Shown here piece by piece: positions 1-13,126 of a DNA stretch of 64,000 nucleotides; the stretch's first letter is position 1, and each line of letters opens with the position of its first letter. Made by a program: the position numbers and the translations under genes. The stretch is from Phoronis australis. Its lineage: Eukaryota; Animalia; Phoronida. Under the pieces are notes generated by a model. That model did not search any database and was not told where the DNA came from. It saw nothing but the letters and a program-made list of their open reading frames with translations. The stretch is from contig NMRA01000082.1 in assembly GCA_002633005.1 (NCBI GenBank), forward strand, positions 410,576 to 474,575, read 5' to 3'.

Positions 1-200
1 GCCCCCCCCCAACACTAAAACTGCACACATTTAAATCTTTTTTCATCCGCATAATTTTAATTACCGGGGCAAATTAATAAACTTGACGTTTCCCTACGCT
101 CTTGCTGTTTTATTTTTTTTGCGCCAGCCAAGGGGGGGGGNNNNNNNNNAAGGGGGGGGGGGGGGGCGGGCCCGCTGGGCCCCCCCTAAATCCGCCTATG
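1..200. mobile_element. Right end of a G/C-run-rich GGCGGA-type MITE
   Basis: Ends ccccctaaatccgcctatg, like the 27390-27410 terminus; long G/C homopolymers and a 9-N gap. Confidence 0.45.
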
Positions 201-271
201 TAATGACAGTTTTATCGTAACCAATAACCATAACATGGCTACAAACGTAACTACGTCACCAGCCTCCCATT

Positions 272-580
272 CCGGCAGTAACGCTAGAACCTTGCTGAGA
301 AGCATGACTTCGCGGAGATTACGTGACATATTGCCGTGTACATGCGCGCACCCAGGGGCGAAGTGGGCAAAAAGGTCCGCCTCAGAGAAACAACGAGGCC
401 GGAAAAATAAGACCAACGTCCACAGGAAGTCGGGTCGAATGAACAAGGTCCACACACTGAAAAATTTGAGCCCCCTATATTTTAGACTGGGTCGGCACGC
501 ATGGTGTAGGTAAAATGAGAACACGTGACTTTGGCGAAATTTTCACTAGGTCCTAGCGTAAGTCTTAGCGTTACTGAACG
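272..580. mobile_element. Degenerate MITE with CAGTAACGCTA termini; related fragment at ~4770-4850
   Basis: cagtaacgctag at ~275 is inverted relative to ttagcgttactg at ~566-577. The segment 545-579 is a ~35-bp inverted match to 4771-4805. Confidence 0.4.
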
Positions 581-3500
581 CACGCACGCTTACTCAGGCG
601 CGTGCTTATACCGCCGTACTTTACCATAGGAATAATGAATTCATTTTTGCCTGCACTATATCTTTGTTCAGTTGCACTACTGACTTTTTCTCTGTTTAGT
701 ATACACGAAAAAAGCAGGGACTTTGGCCGGTGCGTACCCGCTAGCCAAATTTGACTACTCCCATGCAACAGCGAAAACAATATAGACCGGAGTACGCACC
801 TATCCTATTTCATATGAATGGATTCGGCTTTATTTTCCACTCAAGAGCTCTACACTGGCAACGATGCTTTGAACACGACTGGTGTGTATAGCTAATTTAT
901 AACACAGAGTTAAACTTTGGAGTTTGTTACTTTTTCCAAATCTCACAATTTTAAGTACCAAACACAAAAACTGCATGTTCCGTCTGATTTCTGGCCTAAA
1001 CGCTAGCTGACGTAGAAGCTATTCTGGGAAAAAGCCTGCTACACGCACTGCTCGCTATTTTTTCAAATTTTAACCTTTTTTATTTTCACCGGAAGACGAC
1101 GGTTGCAAGACTTGCTTTGCATGGAAAAGAAAACTATAGTAGTTGTATGATAGCAAATAAAAATCACAGTGAGATGCTTTGAGATCAACTGCTGTACCGG
1201 CAAAAAAATTAATGAGACTCCTCGAGACAATCGACAACACAATGACCACTGAATCCTATGTCCAGCTGAGCTGTATGCCTCTATTGATAGCTCACTTAAA
1301 GGCGAGAACACCGGGTCCAAGTAGCCGCTAGATGATTCAGTTGTTGTCGTGTTTCACGTTTTGAAGTACCTTGTCAGCTCATCGCTGATTTGAGACCGAC
1401 AGCTCAACTCGTACCTTCCCGCCTTGCAGTGCTCTTGTGCGGGTGTGCGCAATAATATCTAGTATATTCAGGAGAGGTTGAGCTCTGCCAGGCTCAGCAG
1501 TCAACCTGCAAAGTTGAATAACGTGCGGGTCTATTATTCGGTAGGTAAATGCACGAGGGCTCCATTAAGATGCCCGTCATACGGGCAGGACTCTGAGTTC
1601 TGATCGAGTGCAGTCTGTAGTTCGTGTTACTCGTAATCACCTGCCACGGCGGTCAAGTGTGTTGTGTAATACGTTCAAAGCAAGAAACGGGATTAACCCG
1701 ACGTCCACACTACTGTGGACAATACAATCGAAATACTTCCATACATATCCTTCTTGAAACGCAATACAATATAAAAGGAGTATTGAACAATAACCATTGT
1801 AGATTGCGGTCCGTCACCTTGTCTGTCGGCAAAGACCTGCGATATTTTCTTCTTAAACATAGGGTACTAGAAGCATTAATTCCTTGTCATGCAGTTATTT
1901 GACCAAACCGAACTTCAGTGTATTTTTTTTTCACAATGTCAAAAATACCCGGTTCATATGCTAGCTAAAACGCTAGCGTTTTCGCTAGAACTTTCGCTCA
2001 GCAGAAAAACGCCAATAACGTGAACGATCGCTCGTTTTGCTGGAGGTTTGAATAACCCCAAAACTTACTAGAGTTTTATGAAACATTTTGTAGCTAGACC
2101 GCTTAGTTTGAAGGACACACACACACATGCAGGGGTAAGAAGTCTTTATTCTATCGCCACAGCAATGAATTTATGACGCAAAGCGAACGTGTTTGGAATT
2201 TTCGGGTGAGGAAGAAACAACTCCTGGCGAAAATTACCCCTTCGCGCCTGACAAGCTAAAACGCCATCGTGTTTGGTCAGCGTTTTAGCCAATGAAACTG
2301 GCAGCTCTTCCGCCTTTCAAGGCATGTGAACCTAGTAAAAGCAAAGATATTATTTACAGGAACTATAGTATCTTTGGTAAAAAAGTCCGACTTATCGCTT
2401 CAACATTAGTATGCACATGGAAGTACACGGCACTCAATGAATAGCAATACTTCCGGGATATAGAAACACCAACGGCGGCCACAACTCACCAACCCAGCTC
2501 AAGTATTTTGGGTTTCATCTATACCGAGTTTTTCAAAAAACAGTAACATAGTTTCTAGATATGCACATGTCCATGCAATTAGGCAGCTTCACCACAGTTG
2601 AACCCAAACAGCATTTGCTTTTAGTCTAGATAAACCTCAGAGGATGGGAAAATTCTTTGTTTTCAGTCTTATACTTGTAATCAGACAAATATATTGAGTT
2701 CTTTCTTAGCGTGATAGCATGGTATCACTGAGTCACAAAATGGGACTGAGATTGCCAGGTGCGACAGATACGAAACCAGAATCAATTTCCAATCTGTACT
2801 GAGGGACTGACTCTAGCTCTTTCAAAAGTGATCATATCATGACACTTTGGCTCTCGCTCACTCCTGACCACTTATTGCTGAACTGAATTAATACGTATAT
2901 AATCTGCTTGGCGATGGATATAATTTTCCTACCACTCCAGACGTATTCTGTATGATAAGTGACCTAGTTTATAAATTTCAACTTGTATTGCGAGTTAGAG
3001 GGAAGTGTAGGAAATGATTTAGTTGCTGTGGGGTGTTCACGAACTCTTTCATCAAATTATCAGGTCCCACAGTACACAATAAGTTAGCAAAACCGGTCTT
3101 CGGGCCCCTATCAAAACTTGGAGTAAGCGCAGGAGTGATAAACCGCACACGTATTTATAATCCAACAGAGACAATGAGACTCCATCTGATAACAGTAACC
3201 AACTGTAATCGGATGAAGGATATTTTCGTTGCACAGCCAACAGGTCCATGATAAACCTTGCATTGGCCGTGATCCAGTCACTATTTATAGCGTTACACAC
3301 CAGCGGTCCCCGGCAACCACACTAGCCATATCACAGTCGAGTAACACTTTGCCTCAACCCCGAGAAGCTGCATGATGACTAGTTTCCGACAGAAAAACGA
3401 TCATATCGGCGAACAGTCCGGCCACTTTCGTTAGATTACCGGAAACAACGGCCTGGCGCCGACGTCAAAAAACATCAAACGGCTACTACTGTTGGGATAA

Positions 3501-3819
3501 AAAATCGCACGACCGCATCCCCGCCCGCGACTGGAACGCGATCAACGGGATCGACCCCAGCCGGCGAGCAGCGTACATGGCATTACGGTTTAGACCATAC
3601 TCTGGTAGCCTGTATACAGAACAGTCTTATAACCTGGTCACATGATTTCTTGTCCCTTAGTCAAGTAGAACTTGAAATAAAACGAACTTCGCTCAATGGC
3701 ATTGAACATTTCAAAGAAATAATCTTGAATCTCAATACCGGCTATGACTGAATAATGTCATTACTTTCAAAAAGTGACTGACCTTCAGAACTTGTTATGG
3801 GCAGATAAATACAAATCAT

Positions 3820-4212
3820 ATTTTGGACCAGGGTTCTAATCAGTACTCGAATTCGAACTTGAAATTATTTTTTTTTGTCATTTTCCGTCTTGCTTTAATA
3901 TGACCTATGCCGAGTCTATTATTCCGTGCACGAGAGCAAGTGACTTCCACCGTTTCTAGTTCAAGTTAGCACTTGGTCAGTGACCCATTGAGCTACAAAA
4001 ACTCTAAGTAAAAATTCGAGATTTCGAGTTCAGACTCGATTTTATCGCTTTAATGTTGGGGTGTTGGGGTTATCAAGTGTGCAATCGAGGTTTAAACGCT
4101 TATAATTATAGAGACTTATCTTGAGCTTGTATTAAACTAGATCCGTAAATGACAAAAATATTTCAAGTTGGATTTCGAATACAAACTGAAAGATTAAACC
4201 CTAGGTCCAAAT
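3820..4212. mobile_element. Degenerate foldback element with ~90-bp inverted arms
   Basis: ttggaccagggttctaatc...cgaacttgaaattattt..tgtcattt..ctttaata (3822-3900) is inverted relative to tattaaactag..aaatgacaaaaatatttcaagttgga..gattaaaccctaggtccaa (4130-4209). Confidence 0.55.
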
Positions 4213-6567
4213 GCTTCAACACGAACTGTCTTCATTAGCCTATTAGCCGTCTCAATTGCAAAGGTAGGTCACCCATTCTTAACCTTTGTTTGAATCGAAA
4301 TTAGTTACAATAAATCACCTGTTGGCCGGAGCTCAACCGCATGAAGGCGGCCATTCGGCCTCAGCAACTGAAATTAACCGGCCGTGCACGGTTACATATG
4401 GGCAATAATCACGATCGACCAGGCCAGTTCTTATCGCGCCTAGAAATCTGTTCCATCAATAAAGTAGTTGAGGCCGATTTTATATCTGCAAGTTGTTTTC
4501 GCACTCTACGCGCCAATTTATTGCCCATAATTCATTTAACCACCGTTTATTGAAGTCTTATCTTGTTTTTGAAAAAATCGATTAATGTTGAAGAGAAACT
4601 TTTCTTACGTACATGTGTAATGACGCTTGCTTTATTTGGCTCGTAAAAGGGCCAGTATGAGATTTTCGCCCAATAATTAAATTTTGTAATAACATTAATC
4701 CAAAGCTATTTGCCGGTGGTGGTTTCCTTGCCTCACCTACACGCAGAGTCTGGGGATCCAGGTAAATAGTGTTCAGTAACGCTAGGACCTACTCTAGGAC
4801 CTCGCTAAAAAGCAAAACTTCGACTGACTTTGGCTAGATATTTCTAGGCGCGAGACATCTCTGAAGTCTAACCCGTCCTGCATGTAGTCGAATGTGGGCA
4901 TTCATTGAATAACTGGCCAGCATTCACGTTCATGCGGGTAGGATAAAGACTCAGACGAGCTCCTTCTCTCACCGGTACGAGAGATCAGAAGAGCCATTAT
5001 TTATAATATTCCTATTCATGACCTTCTGCTGCAACACTTGAACCATCAGAAAGGACATTTTGAGCTTGTTAAAGATGGGTCGTGAATCTCCCATGCCACC
5101 GATATTCCGAGCTCATATCTTGACGGACAACTAATGAGAATTGCAAGTGTATTGTAAACTAAAGATATGTGACCATGAACCAAGTTTAATGGGCTCTATC
5201 GAGTAATATCAGAGGAAGAATAAATCATAATCACGGCACGTGCAAGACCTCGTGGGAATGACGTCACAATCTTGTGACGATGTCTGTGCCTTCAGTGTTC
5301 GTTCAAATCATCGTCTCTGTCAACGTCTTTACACACAAAACGCAAAGTAGAAATTTCCGCCCGGCAACACCAAAAGGCGAAATGGTGTCGTAGGAATAAA
5401 ATTGTGGCGCGGTGTCTTATATTTTTAGGAGCTTAAGGCGACTTGTCCATTTGCATTCAGTCTGCAACGACCATAAGATGCAGAGTAATGGATAAAGGGA
5501 AATTTCAAGGCGGAACTTGAAAGGCTAACATAGAACAAGGATGTCAAATGTTTTTTTGCAAAATACTGAATTACACACATTAAAGCAGACATCGTGGATA
5601 TCAATTGAAGTTGCGTTCGGTAAAATGTACAGACTCTTTACATACGCATTGGAAAACTAAGTAAATGAAAGTCGGCAAAATTAGTGACCGACAAAATATT
5701 GTAGTGAGTCAGTCATTCATATTGTGTAGAAAAAGTTAAGATACAGTCACTGATTCTCAGTCAAAATGCTTAGATGTGACCCTTAAAAATAATTGAGTTA
5801 CATTCTGAAATCCGACCAGCAAGATTGAGCAACATCAAACACGTGCTTACAACAAAAAGATTGATTTAGGTCACCGTTATGACATTGGTCTAATATTGTT
5901 CCAAATTCAAAACGGCAGGAAAGAAATGAGAGTTTTGCTTCTTCAGACGAAGCTTATAGATTTCCAGGTCACGCCGTGGTCTGCAATTTTACGAGTTTGG
6001 TGTCTAAAATAGCGTACGTACTCTCAGTTCTTTCCGAGCTCACTGAGAGATCACTTCTTACTCGAGTAAAGTACGAGACAACGTTAATTGTATAACGGCA
6101 AGTGGCCTGGACAAAACTTGTTCTTGACCGAAAGCTTGGTTTAATACCGCTTTAATCACAATCTTTGTTCTTTTAATCCGCATTGTTGGAGTATCTCCCG
6201 TACACTTGGTCTACCAACTACGAGCCCAGTGATAACACGTGGCTAGTGGTCACAGTGTCAATTGGAAAGTCAACGGGCATAATATTTTGTGAAGCTCATA
6301 AACAATTTAGAAAAAAACTTCTAAAATTCGTAAAACAGCAAATGACATACTCCATCTTCGAAGTGAAACTCTTAATAGATTCGATGAACGCGGTCATGTT
6401 TTCTCGACTTCAAACCCTAAAGCGCGAACCTCGAAGACGGAAGTTCTGAATAAACGTCTGCTTGGAAGCGCAAAACAACTCCATATCGCACGGTTGTAAC
6501 GAAAATATGAGCGACCGTGGAATAAATCAAGCACGATGCAACGACCAGACGTAACACTGGATATGTG

Positions 6568-7515
6568 TTAATCATTCTTTTTACTAAACCCATTCAATTG
6601 AAAATGTCCGTTGCTAGTGGAAACCGCTGATCCGTTTGTACATCCATTTTTCAGATGATGACAGGAAAGTGCCTTCTGGTCCGATTTTCTATTTCGTGGA
6701 GCCAAGTAAGTTCTATAGAAATAGTTTCCAAAGAGAGCGAAATAACTAATGTACATTAAGGTGGAGAACCAGAAGTTGGTAGGGCTTTGGTAGCATTCCT
6801 GTCCTCGGCTCTGCAGTATGGCCACCCATATATTGAGAACGGACCCCACAATCATCTGCGACAGCTGTAACACAGTGACGATCATATTGACCTGTTTTGG
6901 TATACGGAATCTCATAGCTCGCATCGTGTAATAAGAGTACATGACAGCGTGGACAAAATAGTTAATGTCCATGAACCATCTTCCAGGACCCGTGGGGTCT
7001 ATTGACGTAATCCACACGTACGTCATGACGGTGATGTGGTGGTACCAGTGAAGGAATATTAACGGTTGTTTGCGTAGCACAATGAATAACGTATCGCCTA
7101 ACTCGACGACTTTTGACAGCAGAAACACGGTTGCCCAAAATGCAGTTGGAGGTGGTTCGTAGAAACTCGGTATGCACACGGCATATTGCAGGCCATGGTT
7201 GTTAATGGCATGAAACAGTTCCGGAAGCATTCGCCATGTACCTATGATGCTCATGGCGGCTAGTGACGCGTCCCAAGCTATCAGCAGCGGGCGCAAGTTG
7301 AACGGCTGCCTATTTTGCATGATACGTCTAATTCCAAACATTACACACAAATATATAATGGAGTACATAAACGGATGCCACCAACGATGTCGCAACCATA
7401 GCAAAACGGCGTTCTTGTAGTTTTCAAGGAACATAGTCTCGAATCTGAAGGGTTGAACATCGTATGTAGATTTCAACGTAAACATCGCCAAGAATTCTTT
7501 CTCTCCTGTATCCAT
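6568..7515 (-). CDS. ELOVL6: Very-long-chain fatty acid elongase, ELOVL6/ELOVL3 (GNS1/SUR4) family, single coding exon, 315 aa
   Basis: Uninterrupted ORF from ATG at 7515 (MDTGEKEF...). ELO motifs FLLSKVVELGDTLFIVLRKQPLIFLHWYHH (HxxHH box), NYFVHAVMYSYY and TVLQLSQM; multiple hydrophobic TM segments; C-terminal KKND dilysine ER-retrieval signal. The ELOVL6 symbol is the closest vertebrate-type assignment, not proven orthology. Confidence 0.93.
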   Translation of the reverse strand: MDTGEKEFLAMFTLKSTYDVQPFRFETMFLENYKNAVLLWLRHRWWHPFMYSIIYLCVMFGIRRIMQNRQPFNLRPLLIAWDASLAAMSIIGTWRMLPELFHAINNHGLQYAVCIPSFYEPPPTAFWATVFLLSKVVELGDTLFIVLRKQPLIFLHWYHHITVMTYVWITSIDPTGPGRWFMDINYFVHAVMYSYYTMRAMRFRIPKQVNMIVTVLQLSQMIVGSVLNIWVAILQSRGQECYQSPTNFWFSTLMYISYFALFGNYFYRTYLAPRNRKSDQKALSCHHLKNGCTNGSAVSTSNGHFQLNGFSKKND

Positions 7516-8369
7516 GATTAACTGCCGCCAGTGAACGCTTTTCTCGCCAGTACTCACACGCTTGCACACCCGGCACACTTGAAATCAAGTGCCGGCTGTT
7601 TATCTGTGTCTCATTCATACAAAATCGGCTCATAACCACGTGACCATGATGATGATAAATCATCATGCAGGTCACACCCGGACGTACTTGTAGGTCATTG
7701 GAACCACAACCAAGCAGACAGTCGATGAGCGGAATAGCGCTAAAAAGAGGGTAACGCGTAGACATACACATGTTTATACCCCATATGTGGTAACTTATAT
7801 AAGGGAACTCTGAACACTTGACGGGAACCGAGACAAAACTGCCCGATGACAACGGAAGACCGCCCACATGCAGTTTTCAAGTCCACCGGGATTTACAAAT
7901 GATGCAGTCTGAGAACATAGGCGTATTAAACTTGAGAGCTAGTGGTTCATTTGTTGTCGATATTCAGGACATGACGTATAAATTGTAAACAAATGATAAG
8001 AAAAAAAATCGAGTATGACAGCGACGGGAGTATGGGTGATGACTGCATGGCAAAGACTACTAATCATGACCGAGAGTCGGGTTAACACTTGTGATTTCTG
8101 CAAATTTCTTGAGGGACCCTCCAAACCCGGCCCAGAGGGATAAGAATGCAAAACGATTTGTGTTTAGGTTGACACTGTGAACATATGCAGAAAAATTTAC
8201 AAATAACATTTTTGCAACGGAGAAATTAAAAAAATGATTTAATGTAATCAGTGATTTTTGATATAGATTTTGGAACATCCTGGGGGGGGGTGACGAACAA
8301 GTGTTCGCCATTCAACAATTTTGCGTCTTGCTTCGAACACAAATACAATGCCTTCGATACGCTCACACC

Positions 8370-8737
8370 AACCTATGTATTTTATTTATCTATGTACATG
8401 ATGTTTTGTAGTTTATTATTGAGTTAGAAATTATTTTATTTAATCATATTTTCTTGTACTTTTAGTATCTTCTATTCATTGTTTGTTTATAATTTATTTT
8501 GTTCCATCAGTCTTTCCATGTCAGTTTTATATTCATTATTGATCATTTATGTCATGTCTTTCATTTTTGTAAGTCTGTTTTTGTGTCTCACTGTCTTTGT
8601 ATGTTTCCATTGAGGGCCCATTAAAATCAGTAAAAACTGATGGGATTACCCTCATTGTAAATGCCATACACGTATGTGTATGTGCGTGTGTATTTGTATA
8701 TACATGTTCATGTGTGTGTATGTATGTATATATATGT
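8370..8737 (+). repeat. T-rich tract, short hairpin and (TG/TA) microsatellite; possible 3' end of an L2/Crack-type LINE
   Basis: AT-rich low complexity, then gagggccc..aaaatcag..ctgatgggattaccctc followed by tatgtgtatg repeats at 8672-8737. Confidence 0.35.
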
Positions 8738-11732
8738 AACCCAAAATGTCAAACCCAGTCGTCAAATCATACACTGAAGGCAAATCGGATGGCGAAATGG
8801 AAGTCTACACAGCACAGTCCAAATGAGTTTTATTCCAGTATTAAATAAAAGGCATTTTTTTTCGAAAAAACGAAGGTTTATTTCTGCTTTGACAGTTGTT
8901 GTCATTTTCACGAGTGCACAAAATTAGCAATCTTGAAAATGTACAAAAACGTAGACACTTTTACTTACTAGTATTTGATTAGTAAATCCCAGGAGTGAAC
9001 CTCGCCTGTGCATAAGGCATTGCGGAAGAGCCCGCCGGATGTTCCCTTCCCGTGAAAGAATCGTAGTGACACCAAAGCTGTAGGTTGTTTTGTCCGGATT
9101 TTTGAAAGGGTGAAAAGCAAGAAAGGCGTTGGATGTTGTTTCATCGCCATATTTACCCCGTTAAAGTCATACTCTTTGAAGCAAGTTTCGATTGCCTTCT
9201 TCACTGATTTGTAATGCTAGGTAACACTGATAAATTACACCATGTGAAAATTAAAATATTCGCATTCTGCCAGCGTACACTTGCCGCCCAGGCACCTCAC
9301 CCGTTGTGTGAATGAAAGAAGAGCTAGGGAAACTGATTTAACAACGTTGCATGCATTGTGTGTTCAAATTGACACATAAATCCACTAACTTCGTCACAAG
9401 CTATGATGCGAGAATAGAGAAATCGCGAGAGACTTGCCACTTATTACAAACCAAGAACTTGGATCGCACTACTCTCGAGTTTCTTGCGGTTACGATACGC
9501 GCACTTTGGGGTACCGAGCTTAAAGTTGGAAGAAGTTCCCTGTATCGCAGCGAGAAAATCATGTTTAGCCAAAATCACGTGCTCTCATTGGAAATACACG
9601 ACATGAGTCACGTAATCCCACAGTCTTGCAATTTTTAGCGAGGTTCTCTATGTCTTGTTAAACTCTAGCCTACCGTGTTCTGAATGTGTTCATGGCTATA
9701 AACCAAGAGAAAGAGAGAATTGAACCATTTGCTAACTAGTAGACTACTATCCGACGAATATCCACCACTGGCAGTCTTGTTTTTATAAGCAGAATTCTTT
9801 GTCACGAAGATTTTTCCCTTTACGTGATCTCATTCAATGACACTTGACAACGACTAGCCAAGCCTATACAGGTGTTATTCTCAGACTGATTGAACTGTGT
9901 CACTAAAGACAAATGGTATCTTTTTAAAGGCGTTTTGGTCAGTTTATCATATTTTACTTTGTGTGAAATGTACTTTGAATCTTTATAGTCGATTTCTTTA
10001 AAAGCGATCTTAACAAATTTCAAACCGGAAGTGTGATTGTGTTTATGACCGGCTAAATCGCTATTGCTTAAATAGCATCATTACTGACTTCCGGCTTCAG
10101 TTTCAAGCCAAAGTCAAATTGTTAAAAAGTTACTGGAGTTGAAAATCTCCGGAAGGTCTCGTGTTATTGTCTGCAATCCGACCATTTGATATTTGTATTT
10201 TCTGAATCATTCTCTTACGCTGATTCCAAACACTGGCTGCATGACTTGATTGAGTTCGATGGTGGTGTCTAGTCAACCGGCTAAGACAGCCATTTGGCCA
10301 CCTGAGTGAACACTGCTGTTGATAAATGGACACAATCGTGTACAGTTGCAAAATATATCAACCCGACCCAACCCTAACCGTAGCCAGGGTAGCCATAGGC
10401 TAGCCGTGGCTTAACGTGTTAACCCTGTTTACCGTTTTTTATGAAGTTTATGCCCACTGGCCTGAGCCCTAACCATTTGCAACAACCCATGTAGAGAGGC
10501 CTTAATTCGGTCTCACGTCGCACTCGTTGGTCTCACTTCACTCCTCCCTCTTTAGCTGACCAAACCCCCTCGTGGGTCACGGTTGGGTCCCATTTTGTTG
10601 CTTGCCACGCGATGCAGCGGACGAATTTTGTCGGGAAAACGTTATGGTAATTCTTCGCTTATTTAAAACACAATATGGCCGATAAGAGAAATTATGTTTT
10701 GTCTTATTTGCCCACAAAATAAAGACTAAGAAAATGCTAGTTCATTGTTAGTATGGTTTGTACTGTGTAGATTTCATAAAACATCATTTGGTAAAGTTTC
10801 TTTTTCCAGAAAATTTGTCTTCGTTTGAAAAATTGAAAATGTCGATTTTGTCAATTATTTTTGTGCGAAGTATCTGGAGAATTACCGTACACAAGAGAAT
10901 GTGTGAACTTTCAGTTCCCCAACAGTGAAACTTCGAGCGGACCTCGTTTCCACACCCGCATGTTTCCACCCGCGCAGATGTTGCTAATCTAACCATTTAC
11001 TGGGTTATCTTTGTTTCCATTTTATTAGACGCTGGGCGACCGTCATAACCCAATGGCATAAAAATGAAAGATGGCAATTGTTCAAATACAATACGGTAAC
11101 ACACGTGCGCGCAAGGCAAAACATCGTTACAGGTACGTGTGCTTCATTTTACAAGACACAGCGTTTAAAATCTTGGTTGCGTGCGTTTGTGGGTCTTTCA
11201 AAACACATTTTGATTAAATTTGATGCAGGTGAACGCTTGTTCTTTGTTTAATGAGGCACAGGTTTCAAAATAAATCGGTATGGACAAGAACACACTTCGC
11301 TGCTTTACCCTAGTACATAAGTTTATGTGTAGTCCAATGTGCGACAGTAGTTTGAGCTTGTTTTATCACCTACTTCCGGATTCACACATGCGCAGTTTCA
11401 GTGACGACCGTATTATGATGGAATGCATTTCTGAATGGACGAGTGAGGTGCACACGTTCTTAAGAGAACCCATTTGTGTTCCATACATACATGTAGGTGA
11501 CGACTGCATTACCCACTCGGCTAGGCTATTTCAACAAGAACGAGTGATACGCAAGCGTTCTCAAAACGACACCATGTGACGTAATGGGATGATCTCCAGA
11601 ACGAAGTTAATCACTGTTTACTCTTTCAGAAAAAAGAGGCGAAATGTACTGTAGGTTGTTTAGTCTTGTCTATTTTTGGGGACTCACAAACCAGTTTGAA
11701 AAACAATCCTGAGAAGTTAATCATGGGCCTAC

Positions 11733-11776
11733 CCGAAAATATGTAAATATTATCGATAATATTTACATATTTTCGG
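11733..11776. repeat. Perfect 44-bp palindrome without spacer
   Basis: ccgaaaatatgtaaatattatc|gataatatttacatattttcgg. Confidence 0.9.
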
Positions 11777-13126
11777 CCCTGAAAAACAGCTCAGCAGGAG
11801 TACACAGCTTAGCGCCCGGCACAATAACGTGGTACATAGACTTAGAGGAACAGAAAACTGCTAAGAATACTTTAGTTACAATCAAAGCACTATTTCAAAC
11901 GTTTACTCATCTTTTAAAAGAAGTACTGACAAGGTAACTTTCCATATATGACTCACCATTATGAAATTATGACTTCAATCTGGCGCTGGTTGAATTTGTC
12001 TCTAATTTTGCATGTACTTGTAAAAATATTTTTATAAATAGTGTGTATTCGCGTTTTTATGTGAATAAATACACATTTATATCTCTCTGAATTTAAATGA
12101 CATATTGTTTACAAATTGCCTATGTATATTTATTCAATGTTACTTTAATTGATCACCTGCCTGTATAGAATGTTATCGATGTGCGGGCGGTCAGTGTGAA
12201 CCCTTCCATGTATTTTACGAGAAGAATACATTTTTCAAAGTAGAACGTTTTTCTTTGTTATTTATGTAAATCCTCGAGCGATCACCCCCGAGTGAATTCA
12301 ACAAAGAATGCAATTTACACATTGATTTATTCCAACAATGGTGCCTCTCCGTTCTTACACATAAGGGTGCTGGGTTAAAAGATACTGAATCCGACTTTGG
12401 CGAATAAGACGACGAAAATTCAAATTAAACAAAATTTTTCTCGTTTTATACATGACAACGAATTGTGAATTTTTTGATCCGGGTACAGACATCCCCAACG
12501 TCGCGTGTACGTGCATTTTATAACAATAACAAAAAATTAATCGGGGTTCACGGAAAATGGGAACAGCGATGATTGTTAGGGAATGAGACGGGAGATTTTT
12601 TGCACCGCGATCAAAGATCAAGATTTTTTTTTGATATATAAAGAACAAAAATCGGTTTAAGTTGAATTTAGGCCTCTTTATTCTCTTTATTGGGCACAGA
12701 AACTTAAATAAGCACTTCAGAAAATCACAAAAACAAAGAGAAGATGGCAGGCTACTACAAATGCGTATAGACAAAATGGATTCAACAGGAGTTGGCTACG
12801 GTTTAATAAACATTATGGACCCTTACTGAGTGCATCAAGAAAAAAAAATTTCTCAACACTCGCTAAATAGAATAGAATTTTTCGATACGAAAAAAATCGA
12901 AGAAACGCGGTTTTTCTTTCTCGCATTTAAAACTAAGTTGACGGAAGCACATGATACCTTCAAAATATTTACAACACATTTTCAACGGATTAACTTCCTT
13001 GGCCTCCGTCACCCTGTAACTCTGGTACCCTAGATTAGGTGTACTTCTGCCTCGAGTACCAGAGGATTTCACAGTCTGTTTTCTGCACAGAGAACGGTGA
13101 CCTGGCGCCATCCCAAGGTAAAATCT

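Noticed and set aside
186-524. Overlapping 112-aa and 92-aa ORFs
   Set aside because: They lie in repeat-derived sequence, with no splice or motif support.
7424-7867. 147-aa ORF overlapping the ELOVL start, and the 21-aa N-terminal extension of the ELOVL ORF
   Set aside because: Non-ATG starts from a bacterial-style ORF caller; no recognisable motif. An acceptor-like site near 7578 probably removes this region from the mRNA.
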